From Pseudomonadota bacterium (GTDB lineage Bacteria > Bdellovibrionota > UBA2428), in NCBI GenBank assembly GCA_018001635.1, contig JAGNHS010000006.1, positions 2,905 through 66,904 of the forward strand: 64,000 nucleotides of DNA. The letters run 5' to 3'. Below, in pieces: positions 39,760-49,862 of the stretch (positions are counted from its first letter, which is position 1; each line of letters begins with the position of its first letter). The notes beneath the pieces were generated by a model that worked only from the letters and a program-made list of their open reading frames with translations, searched no databases and was not told the origin of the DNA. The position numbers and the translations under genes are program-made.

Positions 39760-42700
39760 TTATTTTTTCTTCTTATTCTCTGTTTTGAATAGTTTTCTAA
39801 GAAGTTTTACAACATTCACTTTTTCTTCTTCCTCGGAGATGAGTTGATAACCTACAAAGTTATCCATTTTAGCTTTCCCGATGAGGAATTGTCCAAGGGC
39901 ATCTTCTTCGCTGTAAGCTGTAAAGTTTATAGTTCCAAAGAATCGTGAATTGCCCATAACTTTTTCAATATTAGATTGAGCTGAATCGCTAAGATCTGCA
40001 ATGAGGTCGCCAAACATGAATGTGAAACGATCGTATTCAGAATCTGGAAATTTGGCTTGCACCTCTAAGGCTTTAGCCGCGCCCACTCCATAATCTGTGC
40101 CTCCACCCAGTTGGACTTTATAGAAGTCATTTTCATGGGCTTCGTCAAAATCATAAGCCACTCCGTCAAAAGCCACGTAGGTAAAAACGATGTTTTTATA
40201 TTTGTGTTTTAAAAGTGAGCGAATGTTGAAAATGATTTCCTTCATTTTCTCTACATATCCCATCATACTTCCTGATAGGTCAGAGATAATAGTGACATGG
40301 GCAGAGATGTCGGGGTCAGGTTGCTGCCGATGATTTTTAGAATGAATGTTTTTCTTCTGTAAAAAGTCCACGCCAACTTCGAAGGGGTCAAGCTCGGAGG
40401 TATCCTCGCCCTCTTCTTCTCGAAGGTTGATCACGCCGAGTCCGAGTTTAATGGCATCGCGAACAATTTTCTTAGCCACATAGGGTTTACGGTCTAAAGG
40501 TTGAGAGCCAACAAATATTTTACGCATTTGTTCGGTTTGTCCCTTGAGTGGTCTTAGGTTGGGTAACTCAACTTCATCCTTTATGAGGCTTTGATAAAGC
40601 TCTAATGGAATTTCAATATAAGAGGGGTCGCCACCGCCGCAGCCTTGACCATTTGAGGGTTTGCCTGTGTCACTATCCTCATCGCTACCTTCGTCGGGTT
40701 CTCCGTCGCCTTCACCATCACCGTCATTTCCATCGCCAGGCTGGTTTGAGGATTTTTCAACATAGTATTCCTTGTCCTTAAGACCTTGGGGCTGCAAAAG
40801 AAGTCCATCATCAGTTACAAAGGGATTGTTGTCTAAATCATTCACTTTTGAGAGTAATCTTTTTATTCCGTTTTGCGCACGTCGATCGAAGACTATTCCG
40901 CCAACTTCAGGCAGCACTTTGAGGCTATAGCCGCTGCCAGTTCGAGTGAGGCCACCATTGTTGGCCGCTTTTGAGAATGCCGCTAAAAATCTTTCTGCAA
41001 CTTTTTGGTGATATCGATTGAGTGCTTTGAGAATTCCGTGAGGAACTTCATTGAGTGCCATAGAACCTACAACATCGTTGATGTTTTTATAAATACTACC
41101 TAGAGGATCAATTTCAATTCCTTCTTTGTTTTTGAGAGTGCTGACAATTCCCTTTGGAACTTCAGTTTGATCGATATGGTAATCTATTAAAAATTCTCTT
41201 AAATTTTTAAATAGATGACCGTAAATTTCTTTGTCTACTGTAGATTTTTCTGCAGCCTCAGGAGTCCATTCTCTAAAGCTAGGCGTTTGATGAATTTCAA
41301 TTCCTTCTTCCCAAGAAGAATTACTATCCAATATTTCCATTTTTTTAAGAGTTGAGACGTTTATTTGTCCTTCAGGGTTGACTCTTATTTTCGCTCTAGC
41401 CAAGCGATATCCAATGACTTTCATTTTAGGTTTGAAACTAAACCAGTCCCACGTCACTTCTTTTATAACATCGATGATAAGTGTGGCTTCTAATTCAACA
41501 GTTTTCCTAAGTATTTTGGCCCAACTGAGTAGAGTAGGGGCTACAGTTTTTCTATTGATGGGTGTGAAGTAACCCATTTCATTACTCACAGATAATTTCG
41601 CAACATCATCTGTCTGATTGTGCAAATTATTCCAGACAACACGCGGATAGGCGTAGGAGAGGTTCCAGTCCTGTTGCACTTGATATCGAATACGTTCAGG
41701 ATCGTGAGTGATGACCTGATAGAGGGTGCCGTCCATATAATCTTGAGGAAGAGGAGCCCCTTGTTGAGCAAGTTGGAATTTTTCTTCGTTGCTGAATTTT
41801 TTAACTAGGGCTAGGTGCCTGTTTTTGATCCATTGATCAGTCAGCTTAGAAAAAATAAACATGACATTATTGCCAAGGTTTGGATTGTTTATGATTTCTC
41901 TAGCATAATTTATAAATTTTTGATCGCGCTCCATTCCTTCCAATTTAATGTTTTCAGGGCGCCTATTGAATTCTTCTCTAATTTCTCTCCAAATTTCGAG
42001 TCCGAGAAAATAAGGATTTGTGAGTGAGGGTCGCGCTACTCTTCCAGCGAGCATCCCAATTTCAGCAGCGTCACCAAAACTTCGTGCATAGTCGGGGTGA
42101 TGTGAGAAAATAATTTCCTCAACGAGCATGGCAAAACCTTCATTGAGTAACTTTGTGTTAACGGCACCAGGAATAAAGCGATTCATTTTTTCAAATTTTT
42201 TCGCCATTTCTAATTTCCAAGGTGCGATATCGCTTGGTAGTTCACTAACAAAGGCTTGAAGAAGGCTTACCGTTTGCTTTCCTGAACTCTGACTAGTCTG
42301 AACAAGGCCATCGCGCCATTGATTGAATCCTATGGGTCTGTCAGCCTTTAAGTCTTTAGGTTCTACATAGGCACCGCTCCAAACATCTTGTGCCATTTCA
42401 AGCGAAAGTAAATGGAAAAACCAATCCTCTACTTCTCGAGGATCTTCATATTTTCCAATATCTGTCATTAGTTCATCGAGCTCAACAGAAACTCCAACGC
42501 GATCATGGGAAGTTTTGTGTTTAAAGTAAGAATTCACATGGAAGAAATTATGGCCATAGACGTGAGCCAATATGTTCATGAATAATATGGGACTTAAGTT
42601 GCTCAAGTAATAGCTATGCTGTGTGCTGTGGCCCGAGAGTACAAATTCTAAAACCCCTTGAAGATTTCGTGCTTGATTGAAAATTGCGGCCCCGTCACTC

Positions 42701-42969
42701 CAGCTGCCGACAGGGTAACGATTCACCGCCGCCATTCCAGCCACTGAAGACGGATTGAGTAATTCTACAATATGTTTTTTTATGCCATTTAGAAGACCTA
42801 ATTTATCGGCGATGTCATGAACTTCAGCTAAACGTTTATGATATTCCGCTGCGTCAGGTTGGTTGTGCGAGTCCGCTATTAAGTGCTCTTGGCAGCTGAA
42901 AGAGTGTTGGGCAAAGATGAAGCTAAGGATACTGAGAAACTTTAGAGTGTTTAATCTAATAAAGCTCAT
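39760..42969 (-). CDS. Fusion protein with an N-terminal SpoVR/YcgB-family domain and a C-terminal YeaH/YhbH (DUF444, vWA-like) domain, preceded by a signal-peptide-like N-terminus
   Basis: SpoVR motifs LAHVYGHNFFHVNSYF, NEGFAMLVEEII and NPYFLGLEIWREI. An acidic/Gly linker (DGDGEGDGEPDEGSDEDSD...GCGGGD) is followed by ELPNL and the DUF444 vWA core HVTIISDLSGSMMGY...KYKNIVFTYV...FYKVQLGGGT. Its start overlaps the upstream stop (ATGA). Confidence 0.7.
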   Translation of the reverse strand: MSFIRLNTLKFLSILSFIFAQHSFSCQEHLIADSHNQPDAAEYHKRLAEVHDIADKLGLLNGIKKHIVELLNPSSVAGMAAVNRYPVGSWSDGAAIFNQARNLQGVLEFVLSGHSTQHSYYLSNLSPILFMNILAHVYGHNFFHVNSYFKHKTSHDRVGVSVELDELMTDIGKYEDPREVEDWFFHLLSLEMAQDVWSGAYVEPKDLKADRPIGFNQWRDGLVQTSQSSGKQTVSLLQAFVSELPSDIAPWKLEMAKKFEKMNRFIPGAVNTKLLNEGFAMLVEEIIFSHHPDYARSFGDAAEIGMLAGRVARPSLTNPYFLGLEIWREIREEFNRRPENIKLEGMERDQKFINYAREIINNPNLGNNVMFIFSKLTDQWIKNRHLALVKKFSNEEKFQLAQQGAPLPQDYMDGTLYQVITHDPERIRYQVQQDWNLSYAYPRVVWNNLHNQTDDVAKLSVSNEMGYFTPINRKTVAPTLLSWAKILRKTVELEATLIIDVIKEVTWDWFSFKPKMKVIGYRLARAKIRVNPEGQINVSTLKKMEILDSNSSWEEGIEIHQTPSFREWTPEAAEKSTVDKEIYGHLFKNLREFLIDYHIDQTEVPKGIVSTLKNKEGIEIDPLGSIYKNINDVVGSMALNEVPHGILKALNRYHQKVAERFLAAFSKAANNGGLTRTGSGYSLKVLPEVGGIVFDRRAQNGIKRLLSKVNDLDNNPFVTDDGLLLQPQGLKDKEYYVEKSSNQPGDGNDGDGEGDGEPDEGSDEDSDTGKPSNGQGCGGGDPSYIEIPLELYQSLIKDEVELPNLRPLKGQTEQMRKIFVGSQPLDRKPYVAKKIVRDAIKLGLGVINLREEEGEDTSELDPFEVGVDFLQKKNIHSKNHRQQPDPDISAHVTIISDLSGSMMGYVEKMKEIIFNIRSLLKHKYKNIVFTYVAFDGVAYDFDEAHENDFYKVQLGGGTDYGVGAAKALEVQAKFPDSEYDRFTFMFGDLIADLSDSAQSNIEKVMGNSRFFGTINFTAYSEEDALGQFLIGKAKMDNFVGYQLISEEEEKVNVVKLLRKLFKTENKKKK

Positions 42970-45900
42970 TTTTTCTCCTCAGGAATCAATAAATATTCGC
43001 AACGATCGCCGAATCCAGCATGATTTCTTTCCAATTCCGGAACCTTATCTCTTATGAGATCATTACCTTCTAAAAGTTGTGTGACGTATTCAACAGTAAG
43101 AGGTGAGAGTGGAGATTCTTCAGTTTTAAAGGCAAATTCAGCGAATTCAGCTCGGGTGCTGAGCGCGGGTTCGTCTATGATTTCTTCGAGCATTTTCATC
43201 ATGAAAACGTTGGCATTGTCCCAGGGTAGATTGGCAATGGCTTGGTCTATAGCCCAAAGAAAAATAATCGCTAAATCACTTGAGCTCAAATTTCTGTGGA
43301 GTCCTTTTTGTACTTCTTTGAGTTTGGGATTTAAAAAACCCTGATTAGAGACAAACATTTGAAAGAGGTCTCTTATTTTGTCTGTAGTGCTTGCAAATTC
43401 TTCACGCACTTCTTTTGAGTTTTTCATGGAATCAAGCCAAGCTTGAGAGTTGGATTCTTGAAATCCATTGGATTGATAAAATTTGTAAAACAAATTTTTC
43501 ATGAGCGATTCAATGTTGATAATTAAGCGGCTTATGTATTCACGTTGTCCTTCTTGTTCCTGAATTGAGCCTTTAATTTTTAAAAAATCATCTAGGGAAT
43601 CGCTCTCAAGAACGCTAGACGCGGGAAGTTTGAAAGGAATAACGGGTTTTGAATTATGATGAGCATCCATGAGGTCTTGGAATTCGGAAAGGAAACCAGA
43701 GTGGTTATTTATTTTTAATCGAACTGGGGATAGATCCAAATTCCAAAATCTTAATTCTGGACGATTTCTTAAGTTGAGATAGACTCCCGTGATGAGCGGT
43801 TTGAGGTAGTACATTTCATTTTGAAGACTCGCCCTAAAAAACTTATGATTTTGGATTGAGTTTATGAAATGATTATAAAAATTGATTCTAAAAGAGTTAG
43901 AATTAAATTCTGCGAAATCAAGTCTTCCGCGAAGGTTGTCAAAGGTGACTGGTTTTACAACAACATGTTTCTTAATTTGGTTTCTTAATGTGGTTGAATT
44001 TATAGTGGAACCACCTTCTTCCACTTGATGATCATCATTGTACCATTCATCAACATTCCAATCGTCTTTGAGGTCTTTGCTGTCATGGGTATCGCTTTTA
44101 GAGCTAGTCACATAATAGAGTGGAGCGGGGGCTAGAGAGTCATCTTTAGCTTCTGTGAATAGAGAGTTAGTAACGGGCATTAAAAAGTTTCGCGCGTGAG
44201 CTTTGGGGAAAATTTGTGCAATTTCAGAAAGAATATGTGGATTCACTAAAATCAGTTTGTTTGAAAGAGTTAATTCTTGGAGACTTCGAGCTCTGATTTT
44301 TGAAATCAAACCCGAGGCTTTGGCCTCACGTGGAAAATCACCAAAGTTAATGAGATCAGAAAAACGAGCTAAGATGGAGGGCTCATATTGAGCACCTTCA
44401 ACTTGTGAAAGTGCTGCAATGATTTGTGATTCAATAGAACTAGCATCATCGATATATTGATCTCTAATTTCACGATTGGATGCAGGGTTGATGGTTACAA
44501 ATAAAGAGATATTTCTAACAGGAATTTCGATGGTCATTTTATCTTCAAGACGAGAGACTCTGACCAAGTTGTTGTTCAGTAAGTTTTGGATATAAGACAT
44601 AACTCGACTGAGAACGTTGGCGTTCTTAGCTTTGTGAAGATCGTCAATAAGTATGAAACCTCGGTAGCCGAGAGGAAGTGATAAGAAATTGTCTAAGTGT
44701 TTCAGTGCGTCTTCAACATATAAACTTTTTCCAGTGGCTTCTTCTTTTTTATCTACCAAATCTTCTACTTTTAGGAAAAAGGCTTGAGCATTTTCATCTA
44801 AAGGTCTGTTGAAGTCGTAAACTTTTATATCGAGTAATTGGATGAGCTTCTCAAAGAAAAAAGTTTTTCCTAAACTTGTTTCACCGAAAAATACGGCTGA
44901 TGAGGGAATTTGCTTTGAACTATCGGACCCTTGAGTTTGCGAAAGAATAAGCCTGAAAATTCTTTCTTTGAGATCCAGTTGACCAGCATATCCTAGTTTT
45001 GTGAGATCCACTGCGGCTCGAGCGGTGTCTTTAATTTTATGAAGAACGTCTTCGGGTTCAAGGGATTTATAATTTAAGGGGATGGGGAAAACTTTGGCTA
45101 AAAATCTTTCTACATAGTTTTCGTCAATCACTCGACTTCTTCTGAGTTTATGGTCGTCGACTAATGATTTTCTAAAAATGGAATAGGAGCGTACAAAGGC
45201 TTCGATGGGTTCTTGATTGAGTGAATTGGCAACAGCTTCAATTCGATTGGCTAAAAATTTGGTGATGTTCAAAAACGGAGCGCTGTTTCTTTCGGCGCCA
45301 GATTCGTTTCCATTGTATCGAAATGAGTAATTCAGAGTTCTAATGTCTTCTCGATAGAATAAATTTCTCAAAATGTTAGAGCGGTGCTCTACGCTTGGAT
45401 ATTCAAGTCGAACTATTTCAAAATCTTTTTGAAGATCCATAAAATGCGACTCAAGGCCTAAATCTTTTTCTAAATCTTCGATTTGTTCAGGAGTGGCTAC
45501 AATAATTTCTGAAACGCTTGGGGTAGCTTCATCTCTTAAGCGCCATTGCTTTTTTAATTTAGGTTGGATTCTTCTACCTTCGGAGGCCAACCACCACATG
45601 ATGTGAGGGAAAATTGTATTGGGTTTGTCTATGTCGCTACGAGAAGAACTGTTTCCATCTTTGTCACTGCCTTCGTTGGGGCTGTTGGCGCTCGATTGAG
45701 CCTCGGAAGCCGTTTCAGCTAATAGCTCAGTTTTTTTCATGGCCGCAGGATCGCTAATTCTAAAAGGTTTGATGTCGCTTTTTTCTCCAACTAGTGGACG
45801 TTCATTGCGTAAAAGGTCGCTCGCATCTGCTAAAAGAACAACACTATTTTCTTGGCTGAGTCTTCTCATGGCGTCTAGATTGCCAAAGATTTCTTCTTGA

Positions 45901-48900
45901 TGAACTTTTCCACCTTGTGGATATCTGAATATTGAAAGATGGGGATTTCGAAAATTCCAGGAAGTGTTTAAATTTGGATTTCCATTAGTATCTCTTTCTA
46001 GGGCCACGTTGTAGCGACTCGACCAATGAGTCATTAAAAAGCGAAGCATGAGTTTTTTGATGTTTTCAGGGACAACTATGATTCTATGTTTAGGTTTTTC
46101 AGGTTTTTTAGAGAGCTCACTCAAAATGGGTCTTAAATTTGGGAAAACTTGAAGATCGTCTGAGGTGAGCGCACTCACCGACATTCTTCTGATGTCAGGA
46201 GTGGATCTCGGAGTGTTCGGAGGCCAGTTGTACCATTGTGAGGTTAAGAATCTTGCATCGATTTCAAATAGACCTTTGTCTACTAAGCCTGCTTTGAATT
46301 CATGAGGATGAGCTTCTTGAAGTTTTAAAAGTTTTTTAGGAGTTGTTAGAACAACAGTTGTCACAGATTTGAAGGAGTCTGATGGAGAGCTTAAATCTTT
46401 AAGGTGTCGTCCTTTTCCTTCCGTGGCTAAGAGAAAAAGTCCAGAAAGTTTATGGGGCGAAGAGGGATCGTAAATGTGATCAGACGAGGTTGAGCGTGCT
46501 GATTCGGAGAAGCTTTCTTCATCGAGTTCATCGCCACCTTGGTTTGTTTCTACAACTTCTGGTTCATCTTCTTCATGCTTGTGTTTAGTTCCTTTGTTTC
46601 TGCCGTCGTTCTCTTCTTCATCCTCTTCGTCATCTTCTGTCTTTTTGTTTGAAGCTTTAGACTCGGGATCATTATTAGCGCTTACGGTTTCGATTCCCAT
46701 TTGTCTTTCAGAGTCGCTTGAGGCGTAGTCGAGTATGCTAAACGAGGATGCACTGTCACTATCTTCAGAGTTTTTGCCGTCTGTTTCTAATATGAAAGTT
46801 TGTAAAAGCTCGTCGGAGCCTGCAAATAGTACGTTTTGTGTTGTTGATTCAGAGGCAAGTTTTAATTCCTTGCGCATTTCCCGAGCATCGGATTGATGGT
46901 CAAAGAAGTAGAGTTCAAAATCGTTTCCACCGGGTTTCCATTTAAGGGACCAACCTGTTTTTTTGTTATCGAGTTTAAGGAGCATGAGGTTATAAAAGTT
47001 GGCGTAGTCTTCGTCAGACACTACAAGGAAAGTTTTTTTACCTTTTTTAGAAGGATCTACGACTAAGGAATCTAGGTACTCGTCTAAGAGTGGGTAAAGT
47101 GGTCCTTTCCCCCCAGGTCCGAAATTTAAATCTTTATAAGTTTTAGCTTGCTCAGCTTCATTTCCGTCGAGTGCTTTGGAAAGTGTTGAATTAATTGAGC
47201 GTAATCCAGTGGAGGATGAAATGCTCCATCGACTTCCTATCCAAAATAAGCGACCCTCTTTTTCGTTTTCCTGAACAATTCTTTCTTTAAGGCGAATATT
47301 AATATTTTCTTTTGAGGGAACAACAAGTTTAGAGACGTAATTAAAACATCTCATTTTATATTTTGCAGAAAAATAATCTTCATTGGGAGTGTCAACCCAA
47401 TACAGGGCACCATTGCCATCGGGAAGCACTCGGTCGCTAATGCGATTGGCGGTCACATAACTTTTTGTAAGCCAACCTGAGGAATCTGGAATGTTGTTGG
47501 CTGTGAATTCAATTTTTCCAGCTTTGAGTTGAGATTGAATTTCGTATCCTAGCAGATACACGCCACCCGTGTTCTGACGAGTCCTTTTGAGAAAGAGCAT
47601 AACGTAAATGCTGTTAGCGTGCTTTCTTAAACCTTTAAAAACTCTTACACCCTCAATTTGAGAGAATGAAAATGGAAGCTCTCGTGTGGCGAAGAAAGTG
47701 TTCTTTATGTTTTCTCCAACTCGACCCTCGTAATTAAAAAGGGTCACAAGATTGAATTTTCCTTCTAAATTAGGTTGCTGAGAGTTGTTTGGAAGCATTC
47801 CAAACAAATGGATTTTGAAGGCTTCCAATTGCTTCGAAGATTCGCTGAGTGGAAGATGAATGTCAGTGGTGTATAGAACAGCACGAATGGAATCTTTGGA
47901 AATGGATGTTCTTGAATTTTTCTTTGTCTTTGTTTTTGAGCTATTGGAATAGATAAGCTGTCCGGGAATGAATGATGAATCATCTTTGTTTAAATGCGAT
48001 GTTGAATCAGCAGGTGTTTCGTGTCGATCTGCGGAATGCGTATCCTCAAGATAGACTCCGGTTTTTTCATTGAGTTGTGATTGTTTGTCGTTATTGAATT
48101 CTCGATAAACAACATGGGGGCTCATGATTACGGGAAACTCGTTTTTAGCTTGAAGAAATACTGTTTTCTTTTTGGGGTCGCTTTCAGAGACGTTAAGATA
48201 GGCGGTGACTCGCAGTCCTCCGGGATTTTTTTGAGAATCACTTCTATAGGTTTTGGGCCCCACGCGAGGAGTGCTGTTGTCGAAAACTAAACCAAGGTTT
48301 TCCACATTCTTGATTCGTAATTCTAGTTCTTCTTTGCTGAAACTGTACGTATTCGATATAACCTGCATGTCTTTAACGCTGACGTGACCCATGGATTCTT
48401 CAAGTTCAATCGCGAAAGTTCCCCCTCCAGGATAATATTGAGTTTTTCCTGATAAAATTAAATAATGTTTTTTGTAAACCGCACCAGAAATGAGTTCGTC
48501 ATCAGGGGTGTTGTCTGAAAATCCAAAAATGGGTGCTGATTTTCTTTTTTCGATTTTAGGTTGTGGAAGATCAAAGGACTCTAGAATTATAACGTTGTCG
48601 TTGTTGAAAGGGTCGAATTTGAGTTTGGTAAATTGTTCTTGAACTTCGACAACCTGAATACTTCTGTTTCTGGATTTTAGTCTTAACAGAATGCTTTTAT
48701 CCAATGAGAATAAAACCTCAACAGAGGAATCGTTTGAGAGAGATCGAGTTAAAAACTTTTTATTGTCTTGATCCCAGCTGAGTCTTCCTTTTTGGGGTGG
48801 AGTACCTTCATATTGAAAGGAGAGCCCATCTCCTAAGGGTTCAAAGAATTGAGTGACTCCCGAAATGGCCATGTTAGAAACTTGAGGTTCGGGTCTTTTC

Positions 48901-49844
48901 TCGAGGACATCCACTAAGGGAGGATTAGTGAGCACACTCAGTTTAAGAGATTTTCCAGAATTAATATCGATGTCTCTATATCGACTTGTAAAAGTTTTTT
49001 TATCGATTTTGGAATTGGGGTCGAGATAATCCAATAAAAGCTTCACTTTTTTTAACCAAATATCAACGAGAGGGTGCTCTTTGTCGTTTTTCCATTTTTC
49101 ATAAACTGTTTTTAGAAGATAGGGGGAGTATGCTTTGTCGGGTGAATAGTCGGCAAAAAGTCTTATGAGTCCTTGGTCTGTGGGGTGAAATCTATAATCG
49201 AGGAGCACCGGTTCAGATATTTTAAATTCACCTGTTTCGATGCCTCCGTTTTTAACAATAGCAAAAGTGATTCCGTCAGAACCCATTTGAGGAATGCCTT
49301 GCTTAACTGAGATGATATACATACACGAGTTGTCTACAGGGTATTGTACAATCGTGATGTCTTTGGGGTCCTTTATGTTTTCAAGATAAATTTTACGTTT
49401 CGTGAGAGGATCGATGATTGGGACGGGAGTGGCAAATTTGTTGGGTATTTTTTGGGATTCATTAGCGCCAATAATGAGTGAGCTGGCTGCTTTTTTTTCT
49501 GAAGTGTTTTTGTTAACGATATAAATTTGTCCATCGAGAATGACTAAGGCTTCTTGATTTCCTTGTTGAGTGACAGGAGCTAAGAGTACAAAAGTTTCAG
49601 CGGATCGCTTATTCACGCCAAGCACTTCTTTTTGAATCAGTGGAGTAGAGTTTTCAGCTCCAGTATTAAAAAAATAAATTCCCTTTTTTTTGCCATTGAG
49701 TTCAGTGTTGAATACCAACTCGTATAAGGCTCTTGCATTATGAGGATGTGGAAAAATGAAAGACCCCTCGTCGGCCGCGCGTAAGGCTCCACTTTGTCCG
49801 ACAAGTAGGGCGGCAAGGGCAATATGTTTGAGGAGGTGTCTCAT
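42966..49844 (-). CDS. Giant (2292 aa) secreted protein with a Clp/Hsp100-like AAA+ ATPase domain and a poly-acidic low-complexity region
   Basis: Signal peptide (LKHIALAALLVGQSGALRA). Walker A FFGETSLGKT and Walker B GFILIDDLHKA, with ...LFVTINPASN resembling the Clp D2 core. A long Asp/Glu/Ser tract (TEDDEEDEEENDG...). The remainder is unassigned. Confidence 0.6.
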   Translation of the reverse strand: MRHLLKHIALAALLVGQSGALRAADEGSFIFPHPHNARALYELVFNTELNGKKKGIYFFNTGAENSTPLIQKEVLGVNKRSAETFVLLAPVTQQGNQEALVILDGQIYIVNKNTSEKKAASSLIIGANESQKIPNKFATPVPIIDPLTKRKIYLENIKDPKDITIVQYPVDNSCMYIISVKQGIPQMGSDGITFAIVKNGGIETGEFKISEPVLLDYRFHPTDQGLIRLFADYSPDKAYSPYLLKTVYEKWKNDKEHPLVDIWLKKVKLLLDYLDPNSKIDKKTFTSRYRDIDINSGKSLKLSVLTNPPLVDVLEKRPEPQVSNMAISGVTQFFEPLGDGLSFQYEGTPPQKGRLSWDQDNKKFLTRSLSNDSSVEVLFSLDKSILLRLKSRNRSIQVVEVQEQFTKLKFDPFNNDNVIILESFDLPQPKIEKRKSAPIFGFSDNTPDDELISGAVYKKHYLILSGKTQYYPGGGTFAIELEESMGHVSVKDMQVISNTYSFSKEELELRIKNVENLGLVFDNSTPRVGPKTYRSDSQKNPGGLRVTAYLNVSESDPKKKTVFLQAKNEFPVIMSPHVVYREFNNDKQSQLNEKTGVYLEDTHSADRHETPADSTSHLNKDDSSFIPGQLIYSNSSKTKTKKNSRTSISKDSIRAVLYTTDIHLPLSESSKQLEAFKIHLFGMLPNNSQQPNLEGKFNLVTLFNYEGRVGENIKNTFFATRELPFSFSQIEGVRVFKGLRKHANSIYVMLFLKRTRQNTGGVYLLGYEIQSQLKAGKIEFTANNIPDSSGWLTKSYVTANRISDRVLPDGNGALYWVDTPNEDYFSAKYKMRCFNYVSKLVVPSKENINIRLKERIVQENEKEGRLFWIGSRWSISSSTGLRSINSTLSKALDGNEAEQAKTYKDLNFGPGGKGPLYPLLDEYLDSLVVDPSKKGKKTFLVVSDEDYANFYNLMLLKLDNKKTGWSLKWKPGGNDFELYFFDHQSDAREMRKELKLASESTTQNVLFAGSDELLQTFILETDGKNSEDSDSASSFSILDYASSDSERQMGIETVSANNDPESKASNKKTEDDEEDEEENDGRNKGTKHKHEEDEPEVVETNQGGDELDEESFSESARSTSSDHIYDPSSPHKLSGLFLLATEGKGRHLKDLSSPSDSFKSVTTVVLTTPKKLLKLQEAHPHEFKAGLVDKGLFEIDARFLTSQWYNWPPNTPRSTPDIRRMSVSALTSDDLQVFPNLRPILSELSKKPEKPKHRIIVVPENIKKLMLRFLMTHWSSRYNVALERDTNGNPNLNTSWNFRNPHLSIFRYPQGGKVHQEEIFGNLDAMRRLSQENSVVLLADASDLLRNERPLVGEKSDIKPFRISDPAAMKKTELLAETASEAQSSANSPNEGSDKDGNSSSRSDIDKPNTIFPHIMWWLASEGRRIQPKLKKQWRLRDEATPSVSEIIVATPEQIEDLEKDLGLESHFMDLQKDFEIVRLEYPSVEHRSNILRNLFYREDIRTLNYSFRYNGNESGAERNSAPFLNITKFLANRIEAVANSLNQEPIEAFVRSYSIFRKSLVDDHKLRRSRVIDENYVERFLAKVFPIPLNYKSLEPEDVLHKIKDTARAAVDLTKLGYAGQLDLKERIFRLILSQTQGSDSSKQIPSSAVFFGETSLGKTFFFEKLIQLLDIKVYDFNRPLDENAQAFFLKVEDLVDKKEEATGKSLYVEDALKHLDNFLSLPLGYRGFILIDDLHKAKNANVLSRVMSYIQNLLNNNLVRVSRLEDKMTIEIPVRNISLFVTINPASNREIRDQYIDDASSIESQIIAALSQVEGAQYEPSILARFSDLINFGDFPREAKASGLISKIRARSLQELTLSNKLILVNPHILSEIAQIFPKAHARNFLMPVTNSLFTEAKDDSLAPAPLYYVTSSKSDTHDSKDLKDDWNVDEWYNDDHQVEEGGSTINSTTLRNQIKKHVVVKPVTFDNLRGRLDFAEFNSNSFRINFYNHFINSIQNHKFFRASLQNEMYYLKPLITGVYLNLRNRPELRFWNLDLSPVRLKINNHSGFLSEFQDLMDAHHNSKPVIPFKLPASSVLESDSLDDFLKIKGSIQEQEGQREYISRLIINIESLMKNLFYKFYQSNGFQESNSQAWLDSMKNSKEVREEFASTTDKIRDLFQMFVSNQGFLNPKLKEVQKGLHRNLSSSDLAIIFLWAIDQAIANLPWDNANVFMMKMLEEIIDEPALSTRAEFAEFAFKTEESPLSPLTVEYVTQLLEGNDLIRDKVPELERNHAGFGDRCEYLLIPEEKK

Positions 49845-49862
49845 TTTCCAGCTTTACTCAGT

